NCBI GenBank assembly: GCA_001804415.1
Contig: MHGA01000027.1
Span: forward strand, 1 to 62,521
DNA: 62,521 nt
From: Candidatus Aquivivens invisus
Lineage (GTDB): Bacteria; Omnitrophota; Gorgyraeia; Aquiviventales; Aquiviventaceae
Direction: 5' to 3'
This document shows positions 9,856-19,896 of the stretch, piece after piece. A program made the translations under genes and the position numbers. The number at the start of each line of letters is the position of its first letter. The stretch's first letter is position 1. Under the pieces are notes generated by a model. The model was not told where the DNA came from and ran no database searches. It saw only the letters and a list, made by a program, of their open reading frames with translations.

Positions 9856-10812
9856 ATGATTGAGAACGGCTTGATGCTGTGGGTCATCTTCAGCGCGGTG
9901 ATCGCCGCGATGCTCTACGTCGACCTGGGCGTCGTGAACCGCCATGCCCACGTCATCTCGATCAAAGAAGCGCTCACCTGGAGCGGCGTCTGGATCGCCA
10001 TCGCCCTGTTGTTCAACCTGGGCCTGTACGTCTGGCGCGGCAGAGAGCCGGCGCTTGAGTTCCTCACCGGATACCTGATCGAGAAATCGCTCAGCGTGGA
10101 CAACCTCTTCGTCTTCCTGCTCATCTTCTCGTACTTCCGCGTGCCGGCCCAGTACCAGCACCAGGTCCTCTTCTGGGGCATCTTCGGCGCGCTGGTCATG
10201 CGGTTTTTCTTCATCTTCGCCGGCGTGGCCCTGATCAAGCAGTTCCACTGGATCATCTACGTCTTCGGGGCCTTCCTGATCCTGACCGGCATCAAGCTCG
10301 CGTTGGAGAAAGACAAGGAAGTCCATCCGGAGAAAAACCCTGTCTTGAAACTGTTTCGCCGGTTCATGCCGATGACGGACCGCTATGATGGCGGCCGCTT
10401 CTTCATCCGGGAAGCGGGCCGGCTTCTGGCAACGCCGCTCTTTGTCGTGCTGCTCGTGGTGGAGACGACGGATGTGATTTTCGCGGTCGATTCGATTCCA
10501 GCGATCTTCGGCATCACCCTGGACCCGTTCATCGTCTACAGCTCGAATGCCTTCGCCATTCTGGGGTTGCGGGCACTCTACTTCGCCCTGGCCGGGCTGA
10601 TGCGACTCTTCACCCACCTCCACTATGGACTAGCCGCCATCCTCGTCTTCGTGGGCGTCAAAATGCTCATCGCGGACATCTACAAGATCCCGATCGGCAT
10701 CGCGTTGGGGGTCGTGGCTGGCATCCTGGGCATCTCCATCCTGGCCTCCATCCTCTTCAAGCCAGTCGCAGAAGCGCCAAACCCGACCCGTCAACCAGGA
10801 GGGCCCGCATGA
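9856..10812 (+). CDS. TerC/Alx family membrane protein
   Basis: EKSLSVDNLF, LFWGIFGALVMR, ETTDVIFAVDSIPA, SNAFAILGLRALYF. Confidence 0.93.
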   Translation: MIENGLMLWVIFSAVIAAMLYVDLGVVNRHAHVISIKEALTWSGVWIAIALLFNLGLYVWRGREPALEFLTGYLIEKSLSVDNLFVFLLIFSYFRVPAQYQHQVLFWGIFGALVMRFFFIFAGVALIKQFHWIIYVFGAFLILTGIKLALEKDKEVHPEKNPVLKLFRRFMPMTDRYDGGRFFIREAGRLLATPLFVVLLVVETTDVIFAVDSIPAIFGITLDPFIVYSSNAFAILGLRALYFALAGLMRLFTHLHYGLAAILVFVGVKMLIADIYKIPIGIALGVVAGILGISILASILFKPVAEAPNPTRQPGGPA

Positions 10813-11123
10813 TGAACGCCAGCCACGTCTGGATCTGGTACACAACGGTGGGTGTCGTCCTGACGGTCGCAACCATTGCGGCCATCCGCGGCGGCCTTAC
10901 GTCGCGCCATGCGATGACCGCGATCCGGTTGGCCCAGGGCGAAGTCATCGCCGCCCGCAGTGCGCATCCGGATACGATGATGCCCCAGGCCTTGCAAGAT
11001 GCTGAGGCGATGATCTCCACAGCGTACGAGGCGTTGGAAGCGCGTCGCTATGAGGAGGCGATCGCCGCCGCGCGAAAGGCCAGCCAGATGTCACACGGCG
11101 CACTGAAGCAAGACCTTCGATGA
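10809..11123 (+). CDS. Hypothetical helical protein with N-terminal TM segment (DUF4398-like)
   Basis: ATGA-coupled on both sides; AQGEVIAARS...YEEAIAAARKA. Confidence 0.55.
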   Translation: MMNASHVWIWYTTVGVVLTVATIAAIRGGLTSRHAMTAIRLAQGEVIAARSAHPDTMMPQALQDAEAMISTAYEALEARRYEEAIAAARKASQMSHGALKQDLR

Positions 11124-12097
11124 GCGTTGTGCAATCCACCAATCAAGCCGCACAGTTTCAGCGCACTGTCGAAGGCCGGCTGAAGATCGCGCTGGCCCTG
11201 AACACGCTTGTGATCGCTGTTGAGCTTGTTGTGGGCCAGTACGCCAACAGCCTTGGCCTGCTCAGCGACGCCCTCCATAACCTCATCGACGAGGCCACGC
11301 TCATCCTAACGTTCTAGGCCTACCGCCTTGCAAACCGCCCCGCGTCGCATACCAAGACATTCGGATTCCACAAAACAGAAGCCCTCGCTGGCTGGGTGAA
11401 CGCTTCGGCCTTGATCCTCATCACGCTTTGGCTCATGGCCGACATGATCCAACGGCTGATGCGCCCCCAATCGGTCCATGGCATCGTGATGCTGGTGACG
11501 GCCTTGGCGGCGGCGGTTGGGAACCTAGCCGTCGCCATGAGCTTGCGGGCCTCGAGCCGCGGCAATCTGAATATCCAAACCGCCTACCTTCACAATCTTG
11601 GCGATGCGGCGATCTCTCTCGCGCCGGTGGTGGGAGGCTTTGTCATCGCCCGAACAGGGTGGACGGCCGTGGATTCGCTGATCGGTCTTGGCATCGGCGT
11701 GGCGGTGCTACTCGGGACAAAATCCATCTTGAAGCAGAGTACCGCCATTCTCCTGGATCACGTGCCAGGCACGATTCAGTCCGGGCAGGTGGCGGACGCG
11801 CTCTGCGCCGTTCCCGGAGTCAAGAATGTCCATGATCTGCATATCTGGTCGGTGAGTCCCACGCTGCGATTGCTGACCTGCCAACTCCTGGTTAACGACA
11901 TGACCATCGGCGACAGCCGCGAGCTCTTGCGGACGGCTCGGCAGATGCTCCGTGAACGATTCCGGATCGCGCATTGCACGATCCAGCTTGAAACCACCAC
12001 CTGCCATTCGCAGGCCTTATACTGCAATCTTGCTCGACGGCACGACCACCAGAGAACGGAGACGGAACCCATAGAGACTCAATGGCAACCTTCTTGA
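11120..12097 (+). pseudogene. Cation diffusion facilitator (CzcD/ZitB-like) with in-frame TAG at 11315-11317
   Basis: SLGLLSDALHNLID...LTF*AYRLANRPA..KTFGFHKTEALA continues in frame; VHDLHIWS and HCTIQLE motifs. Confidence 0.85.
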
Positions 12098-12645
12098 AGG
12101 CACTCTTCCTTATCACCGCGGCGGAGATGGGGGACAAAACCCAACTCCTGACACTCGCCTTCGCTGCGCGGTTGCCCGTCCGGCACGTGCTCGGCGGCGT
12201 GTTGCTGGGGACGCTCGCCAACCATGCCTTAGCCGTGGCACTGGGCGGGGCCACGCTGCTGCTGGTGCCGGTGCACTGGATCAAGATTGCAGCCGGGGTG
12301 TCGTTCATCGGCTTTGGGCTCTGGACAGCGCGCGGTGATGCATTGAGCGGTACGGAAGAGAAACGGTTCGGGCATCCCTTGATCACGGTGGCGGTGTCGT
12401 TTTTCCTGGCCGAAATGGGCGATAAGACGCAGCTGGTCACCGCCGTCTTGGCCGCAGAATCAGGCGTCTTCCTTCCTGTCTGGCTGGGCTCGTCTCTTGG
12501 CATGGTGGTAGCCGATGGCCTGGCGGTGGTGATCGGGTCCATACTGGGGCGGCGGCTGCCTGAGCGTGCCATCAAGATCGGTGCGACGGTCCTGTTCGTC
12601 CTCTTCGGGCTGCTGCTCCTTCGAGAAGGGCTGATCAGACAGTAG
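12082..12645 (+). CDS. UPF0016/TMEM165/GDT1 family (putative Mn/Ca exporter)
   Basis: Two copies of E-x-G-D-K-T (AEMGDKTQL). Confidence 0.93.
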   Translation: MATFLKALFLITAAEMGDKTQLLTLAFAARLPVRHVLGGVLLGTLANHALAVALGGATLLLVPVHWIKIAAGVSFIGFGLWTARGDALSGTEEKRFGHPLITVAVSFFLAEMGDKTQLVTAVLAAESGVFLPVWLGSSLGMVVADGLAVVIGSILGRRLPERAIKIGATVLFVLFGLLLLREGLIRQ

Positions 12646-12648
12646 GAT

Positions 12649-12864
12649 GGGGGATCTATTACCCATAGCGGGCGCAGCCGCTAGGCGGTAAGCACTTCAA
12701 TCCGCTTGTGATTCCACCGCCCGGGCGTGATCCTGATCGGGATTTCATCCCAGAGGAGCGCGCTTCGAGCCGACACTCCGGGGAGCCATTCGTGACTCGA
12801 ACCTGAGCCCCTTGCGGTGAGCATGTCGCAAGGGGCTCAGGCTTTCTAGGCGCGCGAATCCCCC
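12649..12864. ncRNA. Unassigned structured intergenic element (candidate ncRNA or MITE)
   Basis: Ends GGGGGAT/ATCCCCC are complementary; several internal stems including a perfect 15-bp hairpin at 12802-12841. Confidence 0.35.
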
Positions 12865-12870
12865 AACAGA

Positions 12871-12921
12871 TTGACACGGACCCGTCGGGCCGATATTATA
12901 TCCGTCTAGACGGATATAATA
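12871..12921 (+). promoter_or_regulatory. Sigma70 promoter of the ars operon with a 28-bp perfect palindromic operator
   Basis: TTGACA(12871)-17 bp-TATTAT(12894); TATTATATCCGTCTAGACGGATATAATA at 12894-12921. Confidence 0.85.
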
Positions 12922-12922
12922 G

Positions 12923-13270
12923 ATGGCGCCGAACGCCTTGCTCCAATCCAACCGGCTTTTCAAAGCCTTCGCCGATCCGACGCGGTTGCGCATCCTCAAT
13001 CTGCTGCGCGCGCGGCAGCTCTGCGTCTGCGAGCTCATCGCCGTGCTCAAGTTGCCCCAATCGACCGTCTCGCGCCATCTGGCCTACTTGAAGCGGGCCG
13101 GGTTGGTGGACAGCTGGGAGGAAGGGGCGCGGGCGAACTACCGGCTCGCCAAGCCAGGCGGGAAACTGCACCAGGCTTTGCTCGGATGCGTCGGAACCTG
13201 TTTGGGTGATGAGGTGGGCCAATTCAAGGTGGATCGACAGGCCTTACTGGAGAAAGCGATCCGGTGCTGA
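12923..13270 (+). CDS. arsR: ArsR/SmtB family repressor
   Basis: [39 protein letters not shown]. Confidence 0.93.
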   Translation: MAPNALLQSNRLFKAFADPTRLRILNLLRARQLCVCELIAVLKLPQSTVSRHLAYLKRAGLVDSWEEGARANYRLAKPGGKLHQALLGCVGTCLGDEVGQFKVDRQALLEKAIRC

Positions 13271-14760
13271 TGGACGCAGCGTGCCCAAAGCAGCTCTCGT
13301 GGCTGGATCGATGGCTGACGGCGTGGATTTTCCTGGCGATGGCCGTGGGGGTGGGGCTCGGGTGGGCCTTCCCCGGCGTTGAGGCGTGGTGGCATCGCTT
13401 CCAGGTGGGAACGACCAACCTGCCGATTGCCATCGGCTTAATTCTCATGATGTACCCGCCGCTGGCGAAAGTGCGGTACGAGAAGTTCTGGACGGTACTC
13501 AAGCATGGCCGGATTCTCGCGCTGTCGCTGTTCATGAACTGGGTGATCGGCCCGGTGGTGATGTTCGCGCTGGCCGTCACCTTGCTGCGCGATCTTCCAG
13601 GCTACGCGGTCGGACTCATTCTGGTGGGACTGGCCCGGTGCATCGCCATGGTGTTGGTCTGGAACGATCTGGCGGAAGGCGATCGGGACCTGGCGGCCGG
13701 ACTGGTCGCGTTCAACGCGGCGTTCCAAGTGTTGCTCTACGGCGTCTACGCGTGGATCTTCATCACCGTGCTGCCGCCGCTCGTGGGGGTCCAGGGGGCG
13801 GCGGTTGACGTGAGCATGGGCGAGATCGCCAACACGGTCTTCATCTATCTCGGCATTCCGTTCCTGGCCGGCTTGGCCAGCCGCGTGGTCGGACTGCGGC
13901 TGCGAGGGGTCGAGTGGTATGAGCGACGCTTCCTCCCCGTGATGAGCCCGCTGACGCTGACCGCGCTGCTCTTCACCATTGTGGTGATGTTCAGCCTCAA
14001 GGGCGGGCTGATTGTCCAGTTGCCCTCCGACGTGTTCCGGATCGCGGTGCCCTTGGCGCTCTATTTCGTCGTGATGTTCCTGATCACGTTCTTCGTCGCC
14101 AAGATGCTGCGGGGCGACTATCCGCAGACAACGACGGTCGCCCTCACCGCGGCCAGCAATGACTTCGAGTTGGCGATCGCGGTGGCCATCGCCGTCTTTG
14201 GCATTAACTCGGAGGCGGCCTTTGCCACGGTCATCGGTCCTTTGATTGAGGTCCCGGTCATGATCTGGTTGGTGAATGTTTCGCTCGGGTTCCGCACGCG
14301 TTTCTTCTCCCGGACAGCAGCCATGATGAAACGCGTCTTAATCCTCTGCACCGGCAACAGTGCCCGGTCGCAAATGGCGGAGGGGCTGCTGCGCCACCTG
14401 GTGAAAGGAACTGTTGAGGTCCACAGCGCCGGGACGCACCCGGCCACGGTCAATCCGTTGACGATCAAGGCCATGGCGGAGATCGGCATCGATATCTCCC
14501 GCCACCGCTCGAAGTCGGTCACGGAGTTCGCCGGCCAATCCTTCGACTACGTCATCACGGTGTGCGACAGCGCAAAGGAATCCTGCCCGGTGTTTCCTGG
14601 AGCGCCGGTGCGCCTTCACTGGAGTTTCTCGGATCCCACCGCCGTGCAAGGGAGCGAGGAAGAGCGGCTCCAGGCGTTTCGGCAGGTGCGGATCGGCCTC
14701 CTGAATCGGCTGAGGCTGTTCGTGGAGGCCCATCACTCCGCACCGAAGCCCTCATCGTAA
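13270..14760 (+). CDS. acr3: Acr3 arsenite efflux pump fused to thioredoxin-type ArsC
   Basis: [39 protein letters not shown]; then [16 protein letters not shown] and [10 protein letters not shown] from 14323. Confidence 0.92.
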   Translation: MDAACPKQLSWLDRWLTAWIFLAMAVGVGLGWAFPGVEAWWHRFQVGTTNLPIAIGLILMMYPPLAKVRYEKFWTVLKHGRILALSLFMNWVIGPVVMFALAVTLLRDLPGYAVGLILVGLARCIAMVLVWNDLAEGDRDLAAGLVAFNAAFQVLLYGVYAWIFITVLPPLVGVQGAAVDVSMGEIANTVFIYLGIPFLAGLASRVVGLRLRGVEWYERRFLPVMSPLTLTALLFTIVVMFSLKGGLIVQLPSDVFRIAVPLALYFVVMFLITFFVAKMLRGDYPQTTTVALTAASNDFELAIAVAIAVFGINSEAAFATVIGPLIEVPVMIWLVNVSLGFRTRFFSRTAAMMKRVLILCTGNSARSQMAEGLLRHLVKGTVEVHSAGTHPATVNPLTIKAMAEIGIDISRHRSKSVTEFAGQSFDYVITVCDSAKESCPVFPGAPVRLHWSFSDPTAVQGSEEERLQAFRQVRIGLLNRLRLFVEAHHSAPKPSS

Positions 14761-14832
14761 TCACGGAAACGCGTTAGTGGACCGTGTCATTTCTCAGTGG
14801 CGAAGTCCAGGCTGTTGGGGGAGAATAGCATC

Positions 14833-15330
14833 ATGGCGGCGGAGCATAGTGTTGACATCGTCTCGAAGGTGAACCTCCAAGAGGTGCGCAATGCGATCCA
14901 GCAGGCGCACAAAGAGATCGCGACCCGATTTGACTTCCGGGGCAGCAGTGCGAGCGTCACCTTCGAGGAGTCGCCGGCGGTGCTGAAGGTGACGGGCGAT
15001 CATCAAGCACAGCTCAGGAGCGTGGTGGAGGTCGTGGAGGGCAAGCTGGCCAAGCGGGGGGTGCCGCTCAAGGCCTTCCAGTGGAATCCCCCGGAGCCGT
15101 TGCCGGGCGGAAGCATGAAGCAGCAGGCCACGCTCCAGCAGGGGTTGTCGTCAGAGAACGCGCGAGCGATCACGAAGGCGATCAAGGACCTGGGGATCAA
15201 AGTCCAAGCCCGTATTGACGGCGACTCGGTGCGCGTCGCGGGCAAGCAGATTGATGCGTTGCAGGCGGTCATCCAGGCCTTGAAGCAGCGAGACTTCGGC
15301 TTTCCCATCCAAGTAGAGAACTACCGGTAA
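14833..15330 (+). CDS. yajQ: YajQ family nucleotide/c-di-GMP-binding protein
   Basis: SVDIVSKVNLQEVRNA, RFDFRGS, KVQARIDGDSVRV, NYR terminus. Confidence 0.92.
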   Translation: MAAEHSVDIVSKVNLQEVRNAIQQAHKEIATRFDFRGSSASVTFEESPAVLKVTGDHQAQLRSVVEVVEGKLAKRGVPLKAFQWNPPEPLPGGSMKQQATLQQGLSSENARAITKAIKDLGIKVQARIDGDSVRVAGKQIDALQAVIQALKQRDFGFPIQVENYR

Positions 15331-15350
15331 TTCGCGGTGCTGAGGATTGC

Positions 15351-16322
15351 ATGATCACCTCGTTTCGGCCGGCCTGGTGGTGTCGTGGGCGACACGCGCA
15401 GACCCTGTGGGGAGCGCTGGTTCATCCGACTCCGCCTGTGCCGCTCACGCGGGAGCGATGGGAGACGCCGGATGGGGATTTCTTGGACATCGACCGAGCC
15501 GAGGGGACCGCGCGTGCTCCGGCGTTGATCGTGCTGCACGGACTCGAGGGGTCCTCACGATCGAAGCCGGTCCTTGGGTTGATGGCCGCGGCCCACCGCG
15601 TCGGATGGGAGGCGGTGGGCATCAACTTTCGCTCCTGCAGCGGTGAACCAAACCGGCTGCGCCGTGCCTACCATGGAGGAGACAGCGAGGAACTCGGGTG
15701 GGTGATCGACCGGATGACCGCGGAGCATCCCACGCGTGCCATGGGGTGTGTCGGGGTGTCGCTTGGCGGGAATGTCTTGCTGAAATATTTGGGCGAACGC
15801 GGCGCGCAGGTCCCGCAAGCCGTGCGTGCGGCCAGCGCGATTTCCACACCCTTTGATTTGGGGATTGCGGTTCGCTATATGGAACGCGGCATGAGCCGGC
15901 TCTACATGCGCCATTTGGTGAGCAGCCTCAAGCAGAAGACGGTTGCGAAGCTGGCACGGTATCCGGACTTGGTGGATCCCCTGCGTCTTGGCGCGGTGCG
16001 AACCCTTGCGGAATTTGATCACGTGGTCACCGGCCCGCTGCATGGTTTCCAAGACGGCCGGACGTATTGGCACGCCTCCAGCTCCGTCGGCAGGCTGAGC
16101 GCGATCCGGCGGCCCACCCTCCTCATCAATGCCGAAGACGATCCCTTCTTCCCCGGTGAGGCCTTGCCTCGGGAGGCCATCGCGCGGAATGTCCACCTCA
16201 CCGCGGAGTTTCCCCGCTCCGGAGGGCACGCGGGCTTTATCAGCGGCCGCTGGCCAAGTCGTGCGACGTCCTGGGCCGTGGAGCGCGCGATGCGCTTCTT
16301 GCGTGAGAGGCTGGCGTGGTAG
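15351..16322 (+). CDS. YheT-like alpha/beta hydrolase
   Basis: HAQTLW, LHGLEGSS, RAYHGG, GVSLGGN, NAEDDPF, GGHAGF. Confidence 0.9.
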   Translation: MITSFRPAWWCRGRHAQTLWGALVHPTPPVPLTRERWETPDGDFLDIDRAEGTARAPALIVLHGLEGSSRSKPVLGLMAAAHRVGWEAVGINFRSCSGEPNRLRRAYHGGDSEELGWVIDRMTAEHPTRAMGCVGVSLGGNVLLKYLGERGAQVPQAVRAASAISTPFDLGIAVRYMERGMSRLYMRHLVSSLKQKTVAKLARYPDLVDPLRLGAVRTLAEFDHVVTGPLHGFQDGRTYWHASSSVGRLSAIRRPTLLINAEDDPFFPGEALPREAIARNVHLTAEFPRSGGHAGFISGRWPSRATSWAVERAMRFLRERLAW

Positions 16323-16395
16323 AATGCGGTCAGGCAGCAGCAGCGTGGGCGTGCGGCGGTCGCCGGGCGCCAGGTGATTGAACGCGGAGGTCGGC

Positions 16396-17022
16396 ATGCA
16401 CAAAGCCCTCGTCGAGCTGATCGGAACCTTCTTCCTGGTGCTGGTCATTGGGTTGACGGTGATCGCGCCCGGAGCCGGCGCCATGGCCCCCATGGCGATC
16501 GGCGCGATGCTCATGGTGATGGTCTACGCGGGCGGGCCCATCTCCGGCGGGCACTACAACCCGGCGGTGACGCTGGCCGTGTGGATGCGGGGCAAGTGCG
16601 AGGCCAAAGACGTCCCGTCCTACATGGGCGCGCAGGTCCTCGGCGCGGTGCTGGCGGCGCTGCTGGTCGGGGTGTGTAAGCGGGGCAGCTACGTGAGCGC
16701 GCTGGCACCCCAGGTCCTGCCAGCGTTGCTGGTGGAGTGTTTGTTCACCTTTGCGCTGGCGTTCGTCGTGCTGAACGTGACCACGTCCAAGAAATCCGCG
16801 GGGAACTCCTACTTTGGCCTGGCCATTGGCTTTGCCCTGGTGGCGGCCGTCTATGCCGGCGGCGGCATTTCCGGCGGGGCGTTCAACCCAGCGGTCGCCA
16901 TCGGCATCACCCTCTTGGGGCTGAGCTCAGTCGGCAACCTGTGGATCTTCCTGGTGGCGAACCTCGCGGGCGGCGCGCTGGCTGCGCTGGCCTTCCGTCG
17001 TACGAACCCCGATCTTTCCTAG
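16396..17022 (+). CDS. MIP/aquaporin family channel
   Basis: ELIGTF, SGGHYNPAVT, GGAFNPAVA (two NPA motifs). Confidence 0.93.
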   Translation: MHKALVELIGTFFLVLVIGLTVIAPGAGAMAPMAIGAMLMVMVYAGGPISGGHYNPAVTLAVWMRGKCEAKDVPSYMGAQVLGAVLAALLVGVCKRGSYVSALAPQVLPALLVECLFTFALAFVVLNVTTSKKSAGNSYFGLAIGFALVAAVYAGGGISGGAFNPAVAIGITLLGLSSVGNLWIFLVANLAGGALAALAFRRTNPDLS

Positions 17023-17055
17023 CGTAACACTGATGTGTGCTGTCATAAGGTTGCT

Positions 17056-17667
17056 ATGACGCTTGGCACCGTGGACCTCCATACCCTCGCGCTCACCTTC
17101 ATTCCCATCTTCGTGGCGATTGAGCCCTTCAGCAACGTCACGACCTTCATCGCCCTCACCCAGGGCTTCACGAAGACCCAGCGCAGCAAGGTGGTGCGGG
17201 CCTCGCTCCTCACCGCCAGCGCGGCCGTGACCACGTTTCTGTTCATCGGGAAAGGGATCTTCGTGACGCTGGGGATTTCGGTCCCGGACTTCTTGGTGGC
17301 CGGCGGACTCCTCTTGCTCGTGGTGGCGATCCTCATCATGCTCGGCTTTGAGCGGATCGGCCGGTGGCCGAAAGACGAGGTGGGGGTCGTGCCGCTGGGA
17401 ACCCCGCTGATCGCCGGCCCGGCTGTGCTGACCACGATGCTGATCCTGCTCGATACCCAGGGGGCGGCACCGACGATGCTCGCCTTCCTCCTGAACATGG
17501 CGCTCATGTGGTGGCTGTTTGCGAAGGCGGACTGGCTCATCCGAATCCTGGGCGTGGGCGGGACGAGGGCGATCTCCCGCATCAATGGGCTGCTGCTGGC
17601 CGCTATCGCGGTCATGATGGTCCGCCGGGGCATCCTGGGCATCGTGTGGGCTGTCACAGCCCGCTGA
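17056..17667 (+). CDS. MarC family membrane protein
   Basis: IFVAIEPFSN, VVPLGTPLIAGPAV, RINGLLLAAIAV. Confidence 0.9.
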   Translation: MTLGTVDLHTLALTFIPIFVAIEPFSNVTTFIALTQGFTKTQRSKVVRASLLTASAAVTTFLFIGKGIFVTLGISVPDFLVAGGLLLLVVAILIMLGFERIGRWPKDEVGVVPLGTPLIAGPAVLTTMLILLDTQGAAPTMLAFLLNMALMWWLFAKADWLIRILGVGGTRAISRINGLLLAAIAVMMVRRGILGIVWAVTAR

Positions 17668-17791
17668 GCCACCACGCCCGGCTCCATGGAAAAGCTCGGA
17701 TTATGAGCCGCTTTCTGCTATAGTAGGGGCAAAGAGGCTGGGTGTCGGAAGTCTCTTTGAGGTGGGTGGGGTGAACAGAGGAGAGGGAACG

Positions 17792-17989
17792 ATGGCGTTT
17801 CAGCAGGGTGGGGGTGGATTTGGCGGCGGGTACGGCGGTGGCGGCGGATTCGGCGGGCGGCCTCGGGAGATGCACAAAGCCACCTGCGCCGAGTGTCAAA
17901 AGGAATGTGAGGTCCCCTTCAAGCCGAGCGGAGACCGCCCGGTCTACTGCAAGGAGTGTTTTGCCAAGCGCAAGAGCAGCGGCCGGTAA
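17792..17989 (+). CDS. CxxC-x17-CxxC domain protein with Gly-rich N-terminus
   Basis: REMHKATCAECQKECEVPFKPSGDRPVYCKECF. Confidence 0.92.
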   Translation: MAFQQGGGGFGGGYGGGGGFGGRPREMHKATCAECQKECEVPFKPSGDRPVYCKECFAKRKSSGR

Positions 17990-18063
17990 CCGGCCGGGAC
18001 CGAAGTGATCACGTCGAGGCGAGACGGCGAGAGCGCGCTCGCTCCTCGACACCGTGAGGGTGG

Positions 18064-19827
18064 ATGAGCGCGCGCGGAACCTCTGGCAAGAAGAAGACGT
18101 TCCACGTGGTGCTGATCAAGCCGTCGCATTATGATGACGACGGCTACGTCATCCAGTGGCTGCGTTCCTCGATTCCCTCCAACACGCTCGCGATCCTCTA
18201 TGGCCTCGCCCTCGATGCAGCAAGTCGCCACGTGCTCGGATGCGATGTGGCGATTCGGCTGCATGCCTATGATGAAACCAACACCCGCATCCGGGTCGAG
18301 CGGATCGTCCGCCTGATCCGATCAGCCGACGGCGGAGGGCTCGTCGCGCTGGTCGGCGTCCAGTCCAATCAATATCCCCGGGCGATGGACGTGGCCCGCC
18401 GCCTTCGCGCGGAGGGCCTCCAGGTGTGCATCGGGGGGTTCCACGTGAGCGGGTGCCTCGCCATGCTGCCGACCCTTCCCCCGGATCTGCAGGAAGCGCT
18501 GGACCTCGGCATTTCCCTCTTCGCGGGCGAGCTGGAAGGCCGCATGGATGCGCTGCTCCAGGATGCCTTCCGCCAGTCGCTGCACCCGCTGTACAACTAT
18601 ATGAAGGACCTGCCGGCCCTGGAGGGCAGCCCGGTGCCCTATCTGCCGGCGGAGGTCATCCATCGGCGAACCGGCTCGAAGACGAGCTTTGAGGCGGGAC
18701 GCGGCTGCCCCTTCCAATGCAGCTTCTGCACCATCATCAACGTGCAGGGGCGCCGATCCCGCCATCGCAGCGCGGATGACGTGGAGCGGATCGTGCGGGC
18801 CAACGCCGCGCAGGGCGTATCAAATTTCTTCATCAGCGATGACAATTTCGCCAGGAACACGGAGTGGGAGCCCATCCTCGACCGGTTGATCGCGCTGCGG
18901 GAGGTGGAGGGGTTCTCGATCAGGCTGATCATCCAGGTTGATACCCTCAGCCACCAGATCCAGGGTTTCATCGAGAAGGCGGGACGCGCGGGGGTGAACC
19001 GCGTGTTCATCGGGCTGGAGAACATCAATCCGGACTCCCTCCTCAGCGCGCAGAAGCGGCAAAATTCCATCGGCAAGTACCGGGCCATGCTGGACGCCTG
19101 GCATGCGGTCGGCGCCCTCACCCTGGCCGGCTACATCCTGGGGTTTCCGGCGGACACCCCCGAGAGCATCCTGCGGGACATCCGGACGATTCAGCGCGAG
19201 CTGCCCATCGACCTCCTGGAGTTCTTCATCCTCACGCCGCTTCCCGGATCGCAGGACCACCGAGCGCTCACGGATCGGGTGGTCGCGATGGATGAGGACA
19301 TGAACCGGTATGATCTCGCGCACGTCACGACGGCGCACCCGAAGATGTCCCGCCAGGCATGGCAGGGGATTTACCAGCAGGCCTGGGAGGCGTATTACAC
19401 GCCGGCGCACGCCGAAACGCTGATCCGCCGAGGGACCGCGTGGGGATTCCCGCCGCGGGGGATGATGATGAAGCTGTTCTGTTTTCATGCGTGCGCGCGC
19501 ATCGAGCACGTCCACCCGCTTGAAGGCGGTCTGTTCCGGTTGAAATACCGTCACGACCGGCGGCCTGGCCTGCCCCGCGAGCATCCGACGATCTTCTACG
19601 GGCGCTATCTGTGGGAGATCGTGAGCAAGCATAGCCGCTATCTCGCGCTGATGCTGCGCTATCTGCGCGCGCTCCGTCGAGCCGAGACAGGTACCGCGAC
19701 GGTCATCACGAGAGAGCCCGTGACGAGCCCAAGTGACCAGGGCGAGGAGGTGGAGCTCGCACCCTCCACGATGCCGAACGCGCCCACGGAGGTTGAGGAC
19801 GAGCGAGTGGCCGTGGCGGCGCGTTAG
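18064..19827 (+). CDS. B12-binding radical SAM protein
   Basis: RGCPFQCSFC (CxxxCxxC), DDNF, FIGLEN; N-terminal cobalamin-binding-like region. Confidence 0.88.
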   Translation: MSARGTSGKKKTFHVVLIKPSHYDDDGYVIQWLRSSIPSNTLAILYGLALDAASRHVLGCDVAIRLHAYDETNTRIRVERIVRLIRSADGGGLVALVGVQSNQYPRAMDVARRLRAEGLQVCIGGFHVSGCLAMLPTLPPDLQEALDLGISLFAGELEGRMDALLQDAFRQSLHPLYNYMKDLPALEGSPVPYLPAEVIHRRTGSKTSFEAGRGCPFQCSFCTIINVQGRRSRHRSADDVERIVRANAAQGVSNFFISDDNFARNTEWEPILDRLIALREVEGFSIRLIIQVDTLSHQIQGFIEKAGRAGVNRVFIGLENINPDSLLSAQKRQNSIGKYRAMLDAWHAVGALTLAGYILGFPADTPESILRDIRTIQRELPIDLLEFFILTPLPGSQDHRALTDRVVAMDEDMNRYDLAHVTTAHPKMSRQAWQGIYQQAWEAYYTPAHAETLIRRGTAWGFPPRGMMMKLFCFHACARIEHVHPLEGGLFRLKYRHDRRPGLPREHPTIFYGRYLWEIVSKHSRYLALMLRYLRALRRAETGTATVITREPVTSPSDQGEEVELAPSTMPNAPTEVEDERVAVAAR

Positions 19828-19849
19828 TGACGGAACGTTGATGGCCGTG

Positions 19850-19883
19850 AGACCCCTTTCTGCGAGCATGCGGAAAGGGGTCT
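19850..19883 (+). terminator. Hairpin after the radical SAM gene
   Basis: AGACCCCTTTC...GAAAGGGGTCT followed by TT; GAGCATG loop like the hairpin at 12802. Confidence 0.55.
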
Positions 19884-19896
19884 TTGCGTGTGAGCG

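Noticed and set aside
11315-11317. Pyrrolysine or stop-codon reassignment at the CDF amber codon
   Set aside because: TAG serves as a normal stop elsewhere in the window (for example 12643-12645); no pyl genes visible
12040-12082. yybP-ykoY Mn riboswitch expected before the UPF0016 or TerC genes
   Set aside because: Both genes overlap or directly follow upstream CDSs; no GGGGAGTAG or ACATAC motifs seen
12670-12725. tRNA-Sec or tRNA-like reading of CACTTCAATCC
   Set aside because: No TTCGA T-arm in the proper position and no acceptor stem
17792-17989. Gly-rich GGC repeats as a novel repeat
   Set aside because: Ordinary N-terminus of the known CxxC-x17-CxxC family
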